Assembly (NCBI GenBank): GCA_963749155.1
Contig: CAVVLO010000001.1
Span: 512,001-576,000 of the forward strand
Origin: an uncultured Armatimonadia bacterium
GTDB taxonomy: Bacteria > Armatimonadota > Zipacnadia > CAVVLO01
Direction: 5' to 3'
DNA: 64,000 nucleotides
The translations under genes were made by a program, and so were the position numbers. Below are positions 1 to 9,588 of this stretch, piece after piece (within the stretch, counting starts at the first letter, position 1; each line of letters begins with the position of its first letter). The notes under the pieces are model-generated. The model saw nothing but the letters and a program-made list of their open reading frames with translations, was not told where the DNA came from and did not search any database.

Positions 1-236
1 ATAAACAAGGCGCCACCGCAGGCATCGCGGATTGCTCGGACGGAGTCCAGATTGCGCGGGGCGCCTTCGAAGGCGCCTTCGAGGTCAACCACGTGCAGCC
101 ACTGGGCGCCCTCGGCAAGGAACTGGCGCGCGGGTTCAGTCGGATCGTCGGAGTAGACGGTCTTCTCGTCCAGCTTGCCCTCGCGCAGGCGGACGACCTG
201 GCCGGCGTAAAGGTCGATTGCGGGGATCACGAGCAT
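1..236 (-). CDS. hisA: HisA, phosphoribosylformimino-5-aminoimidazole carboxamide ribotide isomerase (5' part, runs off the window)
   Basis: Manual translation from ATG at 236: MLVIPAIDLYAGQVVRLREG...WLHVVDLEGAFEGAPRNLDSVRAI; overlaps the hisH stop. Confidence 0.92.
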   Translation of the reverse strand, partial: MLVIPAIDLYAGQVVRLREGKLDEKTVYSDDPTEPARQFLAEGAQWLHVVDLEGAFEGAPRNLDSVRAIRDACGGALF

Positions 237-853
237 TCTACGACAAGCCTCCTGAAGTTGGAGAGAAATTTGCGTCCTGCTTTTTGGCTCTTTTCGGGAT
301 GGAACTGGGTCGCATAGACGTTGCCGACCTGGATGGCGGAGCAGAAATCAAGGCCGTAATTTGTTTTGGTCAGTATGGCAGAGTCTTCTTCGGGCGCGCC
401 ATAAAAGGAATGCACGAAATAGAAGTATTCACTCGCCGGGATACCCTCAAACAAAGGCGAGGGATGCGCAAGGGTGAGTTGGTTCCAGCCCATATGCGGG
501 ACGTTGAGGCCGGGCGGGAAGCGGACTACGCTGCCTTTGAGGAAGGCAAGGCCCTCTTCCTGGCTGCCCAGTTCTTCACTGCGTTCAAAAAGGAGTTGCA
601 ACCCGAGGCAGATGCCCAGGAAAGGGCGGTTCTCGGCAAGCACCTGCTGGAGAGGCTCGAAGAGGCCGTATTCTTTCAGGTTGCGGCAAGCATCGGCAAA
701 AGCGCCAACGCCTGGCACGACAACCGCATCGGCCGCGAGCACAAGGGCCGGGTCACTGGTGATGCGCGCATCAAAGCCCACCTCGAGCAGGGCGTGCTCG
801 ACGCTGAGCAGATTGGCCATACCATAATCTACGACGGCGACAAGTTTCGCCAT
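227..853 (-). CDS. hisH: Imidazole glycerol phosphate synthase glutaminase subunit
   Basis: VVDYGMANL, PGVGAF, GICLGLQ, VPHMGWN, YFVHSF, QFHPEKS; start ATG at 853 within ORF 227..1099. Confidence 0.95.
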   Translation of the reverse strand: MAKLVAVVDYGMANLLSVEHALLEVGFDARITSDPALVLAADAVVVPGVGAFADACRNLKEYGLFEPLQQVLAENRPFLGICLGLQLLFERSEELGSQEEGLAFLKGSVVRFPPGLNVPHMGWNQLTLAHPSPLFEGIPASEYFYFVHSFYGAPEEDSAILTKTNYGLDFCSAIQVGNVYATQFHPEKSQKAGRKFLSNFRRLVVECS

Positions 854-870
854 AACAGTGATTCTCCTCG

Positions 871-904
871 CAAAGGAAAGGGGCAGGGGAGTCGCCCCTG
901 CCCC
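871..904 (-). terminator. Probable intrinsic terminator after the iolB operon
   Basis: Perfect 10-bp stem ggggcagggg/cccctgcccc followed on the minus strand by tttccttt. Confidence 0.55.
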
Positions 905-930
905 GGAACTCCTGGCTCGATTGTAACAGA

Positions 931-1779
931 TTAAACGAACTGGGACAGGTGGTCGAGGCCGCGGACAAAGCCTTCTTCGCGCGTCTGGGAGCTGTCCTCG
1001 TGCTCGATGGAGAGGACGCCGTCGTATTTGTTGCGACGCAGGGCGCCGACATAGCGGCCCCAGTGGATTTCGCCAAAGCCGGGAATGACATAGCGCCACC
1101 AGCCGCGGCCCTGGTTGCCCAGGTAAGCGAGCTTGCTGTGGTTGATTTCTACGTCCTTGGCATGGGTATGGAAGATGCGCGAGGCAAGCAGGTCAACGGC
1201 CATCAGGTGGTCTATGCCCTGATGGACCAGATGGCTCGGGTCATAGTTGAGGCCGAAGTTGGCATGCGGGACGGTGGCGAAGAGCTGCTCGAACTGGTTT
1301 AGGCCGCAGATATTGGTGGCAAACCAGTTCTCAAGGGCGATCTTGATATTCTTCTCGCCAGCATAATCGCAAAGCTCGGGGAAGAGTCCCCTGGCTGACG
1401 CCTCGATGGTCTGCTCGCGGCTCTTGCCAGCGTGGGGCATACCGGCGAGAGTGCAGACGATGCCGACGCCAAGCAAAGCGGCAGAATCCACAACCTGCTT
1501 CAGGCTCGCGAGGACTTTCTGCTGTTCGGCGGGGTCTTCGGGTGTGGTATTGCAGTAGCAGGCGAGGCTGGAGATGCCAATCTGGCACTCTCCAAGTTTG
1601 GTGATGATGCGTTCGGCATCAGCCTGGGTGAAAGTGGCGGTATCGATGTGGCGGGCGCCTGGGCCGCAAGCGACCTCAAGCATGTCGAAGCCTTCGCCCC
1701 CATCACCTACGCCGGCCCATTCGATGACCTGCTCAAGATCGGTGTCGCCAAAGGGAGCGGTAAGAAGACCAATCTGCAT
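931..1779 (-). CDS. Sugar phosphate isomerase/epimerase, xylose-isomerase-like TIM barrel (IolE/MocC-like clade)
   Basis: Metal motifs ALEN, NYDPSH, HTHAKD, SIEHED; GGAGG RBS before ATG 1779. Confidence 0.85.
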   Translation of the reverse strand: MQIGLLTAPFGDTDLEQVIEWAGVGDGGEGFDMLEVACGPGARHIDTATFTQADAERIITKLGECQIGISSLACYCNTTPEDPAEQQKVLASLKQVVDSAALLGVGIVCTLAGMPHAGKSREQTIEASARGLFPELCDYAGEKNIKIALENWFATNICGLNQFEQLFATVPHANFGLNYDPSHLVHQGIDHLMAVDLLASRIFHTHAKDVEINHSKLAYLGNQGRGWWRYVIPGFGEIHWGRYVGALRRNKYDGVLSIEHEDSSQTREEGFVRGLDHLSQFV

Positions 1780-1792
1780 TACAATTCCTCCG

Positions 1793-2785
1793 TTAGATCG
1801 ATTTACGATTTTTCCACACATCAGGGTTCACGAGATTTTCGGGACGCTCACCCTTCAGTGCGGCCAGCAAGTTTTCGGCGGCCATCACGGCCATCCTGTT
1901 TCTTGTCGCGTGAGAAGCTGAACCAATGTGCGGGACTATAAGACAGTTGGGCAAACTGAGCAAGGGGTCATCGGGCGCAATTGGCTCGGGATCGGTGACA
2001 TCCAGAGCGGCGTAGGCGATTTCGCCGGACTTCAGAGCCTCGTAAAGGGCGACCTGATCAACTATCTGGCCCCGGGCAGTATTTATCAGCACAGCGGTAG
2101 ATTTCATTTGTTTGAACTGGGCAGCGCCGAGGAGATGGCGAGTTTCGTCATTGAGAGGGGTGTGCAGAGTGATGAAATCACTCTCCTCCAGCACCCGTTC
2201 GAGAGGCGCCCATTCGAGGCCCATCATCGCTTCGAATTCTTCTTTGCGGGTGCGGTTGGTGTAGAGCACCTTCATATCGAAACCTCGGGCGCGTTTAGCC
2301 ATCTCGAAGCCGATGCGGCCAAGGCCTACGATGCCCAGGGTGGCGTGGTGGACATCCCAGCCCAGGAAGGTGCGCGGCCCCCAGGTCTTCCACTTGCCTG
2401 CGCGGACATAATCATAGCCTTCGGCAAGCCGGCGGGCGGAAGCCATAAGGAGCGACCAGGCCAGATCGGCGGTGGTCTCGCTTAGGACACCTGGCGTGTT
2501 GCAGACGAGGATGCCCCGCGCGGTCGCATCAGGCACCGAGATGTTGTCGTAGCCAACCGCGTAATTGCTGACGACCTTGAGCGAAGGCGCGGCGTCCAGA
2601 AGGGCGGCGTCAATCTTGTCGGTGAGCAAGGAGAGCAGCCCTTCAGCTTCGGCAAGGCCGGCAAGCAGCGCTTCGCGAGAAGGGGGCAATTCTTCCGGCC
2701 AGACCTGGACGTCGCAGTCCTGCTTAAGCAGGTCAAGGCCTGGCTCGGGGATGAGCCGGGTTACGAAAACTTTGGGCTTTGCCAT
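1793..2785 (-). CDS. D-2-hydroxyacid dehydrogenase (glyoxylate reductase/D-glycerate dehydrogenase family)
   Basis: AVGYDNI, NTPGVL, GLGRIG, INTARG, LDVTDPEP, PHIGSA. Confidence 0.92.
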   Translation of the reverse strand: MAKPKVFVTRLIPEPGLDLLKQDCDVQVWPEELPPSREALLAGLAEAEGLLSLLTDKIDAALLDAAPSLKVVSNYAVGYDNISVPDATARGILVCNTPGVLSETTADLAWSLLMASARRLAEGYDYVRAGKWKTWGPRTFLGWDVHHATLGIVGLGRIGFEMAKRARGFDMKVLYTNRTRKEEFEAMMGLEWAPLERVLEESDFITLHTPLNDETRHLLGAAQFKQMKSTAVLINTARGQIVDQVALYEALKSGEIAYAALDVTDPEPIAPDDPLLSLPNCLIVPHIGSASHATRNRMAVMAAENLLAALKGERPENLVNPDVWKNRKSI

Positions 2786-2788
2786 AGG

Positions 2789-3727
2789 TCAGTCCTCCTC
2801 AAGCAGTTGCCAGGCAGCTTCCAGAACGCGCCGGTTGTCGGCCAGCAGGAGCCAGGGATCCTGGCCGGGCACCGGCTTGACCTCGAAGGAGAGGGTTGGG
2901 CGACGGGTAGCATAGTCACGTTCAGGATAGCCGATAGCAAGCAGGGCGCTCAGGAAATCGGCCACTTCTTCGACATCGTTCTCGCTGCCAGGATAACCGA
3001 AAGGTGGATGATAGTCTCCGTAAAGGGGCGAGGCCTCATCGCGCATAAGGCAATTGCCGATATGGAGATGGGTAAGGAAGGGTGCGGTAGTCTCCAGAGC
3101 GTGATGAGGGGATTCTCCAAGGAGCGGCAGATGACTGAGGTCAACCAGCAAACCGAAATTATCCACGCGGGCCGTGACCTCGGCGGCCAGTTCAGCGGCG
3201 GCAGTTGAAGGGCCGATAAGGCTCTTCTTGTCGATGGTGTCATCGAAGGTCTCGAGTTCGAGACAAAGTGGCTGGCTGGGGTCGGGTGAGACTTCCACTG
3301 CATATTCGGCAAGTTCAGAAAGGGAATCGATAAGGGCGACGCGAGCCTGGTCTCGGGCAGCGGAGTCAGTGCCTTCAAGTGGCCCACTCAGCACGGCAAG
3401 CCCTTTTGCGCCTAGCCGGGAGGCTTGCTCGAGGTCGCGTTTGATGGTGTCCACGGACTGCTGGCGAAGCGAGGCGTCCAGCGAATTGAGATTGAGCTTC
3501 TGGCTTAGCAGCGTGTACTGGGAGCCAACAAGCAAGTCGATGTGAGAGCCAGCAAACAGGGCGGCAACCTGGGCTTCGACCTGGGGCGAGGCGATAGCTT
3601 TCAGTTCGATACAGCCCCAGTAAGGGTCGAGGGCCAGGCGCTGAAGGCTCTCGAGCAGAGAGCCATCGTCTTCGCGGGCTTCAGGAAAGGCCATAAAATG
3701 CACGAGGCCAATTTGGAGATTGGTCAT
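2789..3727 (-). CDS. Sugar phosphate isomerase/epimerase family TIM-barrel protein
   Basis: LVHFMAFP N-terminus, LETFD, VDLSHLP, HLHIGNC, LSFEV; paralog of the N-domain at 58491. Confidence 0.8.
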   Translation of the reverse strand: MTNLQIGLVHFMAFPEAREDDGSLLESLQRLALDPYWGCIELKAIASPQVEAQVAALFAGSHIDLLVGSQYTLLSQKLNLNSLDASLRQQSVDTIKRDLEQASRLGAKGLAVLSGPLEGTDSAARDQARVALIDSLSELAEYAVEVSPDPSQPLCLELETFDDTIDKKSLIGPSTAAAELAAEVTARVDNFGLLVDLSHLPLLGESPHHALETTAPFLTHLHIGNCLMRDEASPLYGDYHPPFGYPGSENDVEEVADFLSALLAIGYPERDYATRRPTLSFEVKPVPGQDPWLLLADNRRVLEAAWQLLEED

Positions 3728-3728
3728 A

Positions 3729-4527
3729 TCAGGCGCCCGCCTCCTTTACCCAGGTATGGGCCGGGTCGTCTTTGGGACGCATTACCCGGCCTTCACCCGC
3801 AAGCACCCAAAAATAATAAAGCTCGTAACCGCCGGCGGCGGAAACAGGATGATAACCTTTGGGGATTACCATAGTGTCGCCCTCTTCTACACAGAAAGTC
3901 GCATCGAGTGAGCGATCATCGGTGTAGATACGTTGCAGGCCGAAGCCCTGAGAGGGATTCAGGCGATAATGATAGACCTCTTCGAGTTTGACTTCATCGG
4001 GAGGATTCTCGAAGTCGTGTTTATGAGGGGGATAGCTGGACCAGTTGCCTGGGGGATTGAAAGTCTCGCCAAGGATGAGATGGTCAGCCTGGATATTATC
4101 GAGCATAAGGTCATGGACATGGCGGGTCCAGTTGCCTCGGCCCACCTCACGGATACCTACCTCGGCAGGGCTTACGAACTGGACAGGATGACGATTGGTG
4201 GCCGGGGCCGAGCAGACCAGCACCTCACAGGCAGTATGGGCTTCCGCGCGCCAGGCGCTGCCAAGCGGGACGTAGAGGGCGGTCGCAGGGCCGTCGAAGA
4301 CAGTAGCGCGCGAGCCAACTTTTTCGAATCTGGTATCGTCGGCCGAGAGGGTAACCTGGCCAGAAAGGACCACCAGGGCGGTTTCGATGCCTTCTGTAGA
4401 TTGGCCGAAGGACTCGCCCGCCTCAAGCAGAAGCTGACCGAGGGAGAGATATTTCAAGGTCCGCGCACTCGGGACAGACAAGAGTTTGGAAGCCCTTCCT
4501 GGGGCTGGCTTTGCGCAGTAGTTCCAT
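3729..4527 (-). CDS. iolB: 5-deoxy-glucuronate isomerase (IolB/KduI family), one frameshift near 4458
   Basis: GNWSSYPPHKHD, LEEVYHY, PKGYHPV. The N-terminus MELLRKASPRKGF (RBS GGGAGG, ATG 4527) lies in another frame. Confidence 0.9.
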
Positions 4528-4682
4528 ATAGATGCCTCCCTTGGCAGGTGGAAGGCCCTGATTAACAAGGGCCAAAGCAAGACTTAAGCATAGCAAGAGG
4601 GCCTCCTGCAAGGGTGTTGTCAACTACCTAAGGAAGAACTGGGTAATAAAGAGGAGAAAAGCAGGAATGTCGGAAAAGGGAG

Positions 4683-4711
4683 TTGACCCAACAGGGAGGT
4701 GGTGCTATTAT
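4683..4711 (+). promoter_or_regulatory. sigma70-type promoter for rpoBC
   Basis: TTGACC-17 nt-TATTAT with extended -10 TG. Confidence 0.65.
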
Positions 4712-4949
4712 CGATCGGCCTGCAGCGTGAGCTGCAGGCGAGGGGTACAGATTTATCGCAATCGCAAAGGAGCGCTGAGAAAGCGTCGATCAGCAAGCGT
4801 GGCCAGTGCAGAGGATGCATTGGGCACGATATGCTTGTTGCGCGCTAGGGGCGCTCATTTTGCGCGTGATTTGGCATACTGGACCTGGGGCCGCTGACAT
4901 AGGGGCTAAGGGTACAGGCCAATTAGGCTTCCTCTGAGGTGAAGAGTCT

Positions 4950-7900
4950 GTGGATGTAAAACAGGCGGCGGTTCAGCTCCGTGATCAAATAGCGAGCCGT
5001 GGCATCACAAGACTTGCTCCCCCTGACCTGATTGCAATCCAGGTCGATTCGTACAAATGGTTTCTAGAGACAGGTATCCACGAGGTACTCGAGAGCTTTT
5101 CGCCTATCGAGGACCTTAACGGAAACCTGCAGATCCATTTTCTCGATTATCATCTGGAAGATCCAAAGCACAGTGTCGAGGAGTGCAAGTCGCGCGACCT
5201 GATGTATGAAGCGCCTTTGAAGGTAAAGGTACGCTTCGTAAACAAGGCCGTAGACGAAGAAAAGGAAAGCGAGATCTACCTGGGCGATGTCCCGCTGATG
5301 ACCCCGAAGGGCACCTTTGTGGTCAACGGCGCGGAGCGCGTGGTGGTTTCGCAGCTTATCAGGTCGTCGGGGGTTTACTTCGACCAGAGCCTGGACATAA
5401 GCGGCGAGGAGATATACAGCGGGCAGATCATCCCTCGGGAAGGCTCCTGGCTGGATATCACTTCGGATGCGCGCAAGGTCATATCGGCGCGTATCGCCCA
5501 GACAAAGAAAGTGCCTATAACCGTTATCCTGAGAGCTTTCGACGCGCTGCCTGGCGCTGATCCTGTGGCGCACGCAATCGAGTCGGTAGACCCGGTCGTC
5601 GAGCAACTGGTGGGGCGTGTTTGCGCCAAGACCGTCAGTGACAAGGTAACAGGCGAGGTTATCGTCGAAGAGGGCGAAGTCATCGACGCCGAACTGGCGC
5701 GCAAGCTAGAAGCTGCGCTGGGCAGTGGGATGGAAGCCGGCGAGCCCGAAAAGCTTGGGGCGCATGATCCTGCTCTCGTAGGACGCAAAGCCGACGAGAC
5801 AATTGTAGCCAAAGACACCGGCGAAGTGATTGTTGAAGCGGGCGAAGTAATCACTGACGAGCTGGCTGAGCAAATCAAGGCCGCTCTGACCAAGTCCAAG
5901 AAAGTCTCGGTTGTTGGCCAGCTGGAGCGCCCGAAGATAGAGGTTGAGGTGCTGACGGCTAATCTGGCCGGTCATACAGCCGCCGAGACCATCGTGGAAA
6001 AGGACAGTGGCGAGGTTCTGGTCGAGAAGGGGCAGGTAATTGATGTCGCACTCGCCAGCAAGCTCGAAGAGAAGCTGGGCGCCCGGACCGAGTATGCCGA
6101 GATGGAGAAATTCGGGGCGCATGATCCGGCTCTGGTGGGACGCAAGTCGGTCGAGACAATAGTCGCCAAGGACAGCGGCGAGGTATTGGTCGAGGCAGAA
6201 CAGGAGATTACTGAAGAACTCCTGGAGAAGCTGACAGCAGCTTTTAGCAAGTCGAAGAAGATTGCAGTGTTTGGCGCAGCGACAGAGATCGCCGCCACAA
6301 CTATACATATATATAGCAAGGTCGAGCATAAGCGCGGCCGGCCGGTAAAAATCAAGGTCTACAAGGAACGCGTGCGCACGAGCACCACGGGCGACTTGCT
6401 GGCTTTCTTCGGCAGCAAGCGCAAGGTCTATGGCAACCAGATTGAAGATCTGGTGGGTCAGCGGCCAACCGATCCGGTGCTCTCAGAGTCGGGCAAGGTC
6501 ATCGTAGAAGCTTATGAGAAGATGACGGAGCCGCAGGCCAAGCGCGTTGCCTCACTCGGACTGAAGGAACTCGAAGTTGTAGACGTCGATGAGTATATCG
6601 ACGCGACCCTCGAGGCTGATCCTTGCCGCAACTCCGATGAGGCGCTGATGGAGATCCACAAGCGGGTGCGTCCTGGCGACCCACCGAGCCGGGACGAGGG
6701 GCGCAATATCCTGCGCAACTTCTTCATCGACCAGAAACGTTATGACCTGGGACGAGTTGGACGGTTCAAGATCAACGAGAAGCTGCGGCATTTCGAAGAT
6801 CCGCGACTCGGCCTGGATGAGCCAATTGACTCTGGGGTGCGTACGGTAACCAAGCAGGATCTGCTTACACTGGTCAGCTATATGATCAGCATGAGCAGAG
6901 GCGAGGGGCAGCCGGACGACATCGACCATCTGGCCAACAAACGCGTACGCGCAGTCGGCGAGTTGCTGCAGGACCAGTTCCGGCTGGGAATGCTGCGCAT
7001 CGAGCGAGTAGCGCGCGAGCGGATGAACACGATGGAGCCTGACAAGATCACTCCGCAGGCGGTCATCAGCGTGAAGCCTTTGGACGCGGCTATTCAGTCG
7101 TTCCTTTCGAGTGGGCAGCTTTCCCAGTATATGGACCAGGTCAACCCGCTGGCAGAGCTGAACCACCGGCGCCGGTTGTCGGCACTTGGGCCTGGCGGCC
7201 TTTCGAGGCAAAGCGCCAAACTGGAAGTCCGCGACGTTCACAGTTCGCATTATGGCAGGCTGTGCCCGGTAGAGACGCCAGAAGGGCCGAACATCGGCCT
7301 TATTGGTTCGCTGGCGCTGTACGCCAAGCTGGACGAGTTTGGATTCATCCTGACCCCTTATGTAAGGGTAGAGAAAGGTCGGGTAACGGATGATGTGACC
7401 TACCTGTCGGCTGGCGTAGAAGAAGAAGCGAAGATCGCTCCCGCGGATGCGCCGGTGGATGAGGAAGGCTATCTGACAGACAAGCTGGTGACGGTGCGGT
7501 TCGGAGAGAAGTTCCCGAAGGTCAACCGGGAAGAAGTCGAGTATATGGACGTATCGCCCGCGCAGGTATTCAGCATAGGCGCCGGGCTGATCCCGTTCCT
7601 TGAGAACGACGACCCGATCCGGGGCCTGATGGGCTCGAACATGCAGAAGCAGGCCGTGCCGCTGGTAAAGACCGCTCGTCCGTATATCCATACAGGCGTG
7701 GAAGAGCGCGCCGCAAGAGATGCCCGGTCGGTTGTCGTAGCGCAGGAAAATGGCGTTGTGACGGACGTGGACGCGAACCGGATCGTCGTGACCGACGTGC
7801 AGGGCAAGCGCCATCTATACAGGCTGGAGAACTTCCTGAGGACAAACCAGGCGACTTGCGTGAACGAGAGGCGCCTGGTGCAGAAGGGCCAGAGGGTGCG

Positions 7901-9548
7901 CGCAGGCGATGCGCTGGCAGATGGGCCGGCAATCAGCGAAGGCGAGCTCGCGCTCGGGCGCAACCTGCTTGTGGCGTTCATCCCGTGGGAAGGCTTCAAC
8001 TACGAGGACGCGATTGTGCTGTCAGAGCGCATGGTGCGCGATGACGAGTTGACATCGGTCCATATCGAAAAATACGAGATCGAGGCGCGCGACACCAAGC
8101 TTGGGCCCGAGGAAATGACTCGGGAGATCCCCAACGTAGGTGAGGATGCGCGGCGCAACCTCGATGAGCGTGGAATCATCCGGCCAGGCGCCGAGGTCGG
8201 CCCGCAGGACATCCTGGTAGGCAAGGTGGCTCCCAAGGGGCAGACCGAGCTTACCGCCGAGGAAAAACTTGTCATTGCGATCTTCGGCAAGAAAGCTGAA
8301 GAGATGCGCGATGTGTCCTTGCGTATGCCGCACGGCGAATATGGCAAGGTCATCAGCGTGACGGTGTTCTCGCGGTACAAGTATCACTGCCGCAGGTGCA
8401 AGGAGCAGTTTGCTTTCTCGAAGGAAGCCGAGGGGCAGATGTGCCCGAACTGCGGGGGCGACCTGGAAGAAGAAATCCGGGACGAGTTGCCCCCGGGCGT
8501 GAACCAGTTGGTGCGCGTCTTCGTTGCCCAGGAGCGTCACGTGATGGTGGGCGACAAGATGGCAGGGCGCCACGGCAACAAGGGCGTCATCTCGACCATC
8601 GTGCCAATCGAGGATATGCCTTATCTGGGCAACGGGCAGCAGTTGGATATCGTGCTGAACCCACTGGGCGTTCCGACTCGAATGAACGTTGGGCAGGTGC
8701 TGGAGACGCATCTGGGTCTGGTGGCGCATGAGTTCGGGCTGCGGTTCGAGACCCCGATATTCAGCGGAGCCACCGAGGCTGAAATCAAGGATGCACTGGC
8801 TCTGACGTCGAGGAAGATGCTGGGCGAGTTCCTGCGGGAGCATCTGCAAGAGTTTGGCATCGATATGCCAGTCCAAGTAGAAGACTATGACGAGATGAAG
8901 GCGTTATTGCCGAAACTGCTGGCTGACTATAGTGGCGAGGAGCTAGAGACTCTGGCTACCAAGCTTGCTGTTTCAGTCGAACTCACTGAAAGCGGCGATA
9001 ACAAAGTGCTGATAAAAGGCCTTTGCGATATGGCTTTTGCAAATGCCGAGAGCAGATGCGGATTCGATCCCGAGACAGGCAGGTTCACGCTGTATGACGG
9101 GCGCACTGGGCGTCCGCTGGACCAGCCAGTCGTGTGCGGCAACATCTATATGATGAAACTGCACCATCTGGTCGACGACAAGATCCACGCTCGTTCGACT
9201 GGCCCTTACTCGCTTGTTACGCAGCAACCACTGGGCGGCAAGGCGCAGTTCGGTGGCCAGCGGTTCGGCGAGATGGAGGTGTGGGCGCTGGAGGCCTATG
9301 GCGCGGCGCACACCCTGCAGGAACTGCTAACGATCAAGTCAGACGATGTGGAAGGACGCACGAGGACCTATGAGGCGATCGTGAAGGGCGAGAACATCCA
9401 GGAGCCTGGAGTGCCAGAGTCATTCAAGATTCTGGTGAAGGAACTGCAGGCGCTCGGACTCGAGGTCGCAGTAGAAAGCGCCGAGGGTACCGACATCGAG
9501 CTGAAAGAACTCGACGACGAGACAGCCGACTACCGCTTCATGCACTAA
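4950..9548 (+). CDS. rpoB: RNA polymerase beta subunit with large insertions
   Basis: SQYMDQVNPLAELNHRRRLSALGPGG, ETPEGPNIGLI, GDKMAGRHGNKG, GGQRFGEMEVWALEAY; 1532 aa. Confidence 0.99.
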   Translation: MDVKQAAVQLRDQIASRGITRLAPPDLIAIQVDSYKWFLETGIHEVLESFSPIEDLNGNLQIHFLDYHLEDPKHSVEECKSRDLMYEAPLKVKVRFVNKAVDEEKESEIYLGDVPLMTPKGTFVVNGAERVVVSQLIRSSGVYFDQSLDISGEEIYSGQIIPREGSWLDITSDARKVISARIAQTKKVPITVILRAFDALPGADPVAHAIESVDPVVEQLVGRVCAKTVSDKVTGEVIVEEGEVIDAELARKLEAALGSGMEAGEPEKLGAHDPALVGRKADETIVAKDTGEVIVEAGEVITDELAEQIKAALTKSKKVSVVGQLERPKIEVEVLTANLAGHTAAETIVEKDSGEVLVEKGQVIDVALASKLEEKLGARTEYAEMEKFGAHDPALVGRKSVETIVAKDSGEVLVEAEQEITEELLEKLTAAFSKSKKIAVFGAATEIAATTIHIYSKVEHKRGRPVKIKVYKERVRTSTTGDLLAFFGSKRKVYGNQIEDLVGQRPTDPVLSESGKVIVEAYEKMTEPQAKRVASLGLKELEVVDVDEYIDATLEADPCRNSDEALMEIHKRVRPGDPPSRDEGRNILRNFFIDQKRYDLGRVGRFKINEKLRHFEDPRLGLDEPIDSGVRTVTKQDLLTLVSYMISMSRGEGQPDDIDHLANKRVRAVGELLQDQFRLGMLRIERVARERMNTMEPDKITPQAVISVKPLDAAIQSFLSSGQLSQYMDQVNPLAELNHRRRLSALGPGGLSRQSAKLEVRDVHSSHYGRLCPVETPEGPNIGLIGSLALYAKLDEFGFILTPYVRVEKGRVTDDVTYLSAGVEEEAKIAPADAPVDEEGYLTDKLVTVRFGEKFPKVNREEVEYMDVSPAQVFSIGAGLIPFLENDDPIRGLMGSNMQKQAVPLVKTARPYIHTGVEERAARDARSVVVAQENGVVTDVDANRIVVTDVQGKRHLYRLENFLRTNQATCVNERRLVQKGQRVRAGDALADGPAISEGELALGRNLLVAFIPWEGFNYEDAIVLSERMVRDDELTSVHIEKYEIEARDTKLGPEEMTREIPNVGEDARRNLDERGIIRPGAEVGPQDILVGKVAPKGQTELTAEEKLVIAIFGKKAEEMRDVSLRMPHGEYGKVISVTVFSRYKYHCRRCKEQFAFSKEAEGQMCPNCGGDLEEEIRDELPPGVNQLVRVFVAQERHVMVGDKMAGRHGNKGVISTIVPIEDMPYLGNGQQLDIVLNPLGVPTRMNVGQVLETHLGLVAHEFGLRFETPIFSGATEAEIKDALALTSRKMLGEFLREHLQEFGIDMPVQVEDYDEMKALLPKLLADYSGEELETLATKLAVSVELTESGDNKVLIKGLCDMAFANAESRCGFDPETGRFTLYDGRTGRPLDQPVVCGNIYMMKLHHLVDDKIHARSTGPYSLVTQQPLGGKAQFGGQRFGEMEVWALEAYGAAHTLQELLTIKSDDVEGRTRTYEAIVKGENIQEPGVPESFKILVKELQALGLEVAVESAEGTDIELKELDDETADYRFMH
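5607..6590 (+). repeat. Tandem BBM2-like modules inside rpoB, including a 357-nt duplication
   Basis: GAHDPALVGRK..ETIVAKD.GEV.VEA occurs at about 5751 and 6108; five LxGxxxxxxIVxxxxGEVIVE-type units. Confidence 0.8.
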
Positions 9549-9588
9549 GTGCGGAAGCGGGGAGTGCAGCATATAGAGGTGACCGGAA

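Noticed and set aside
7100..7200. Intrinsic rifampicin resistance in RpoB cluster I
   Set aside because: Key Q, D, H, R and S residues are retained; changes are conservative
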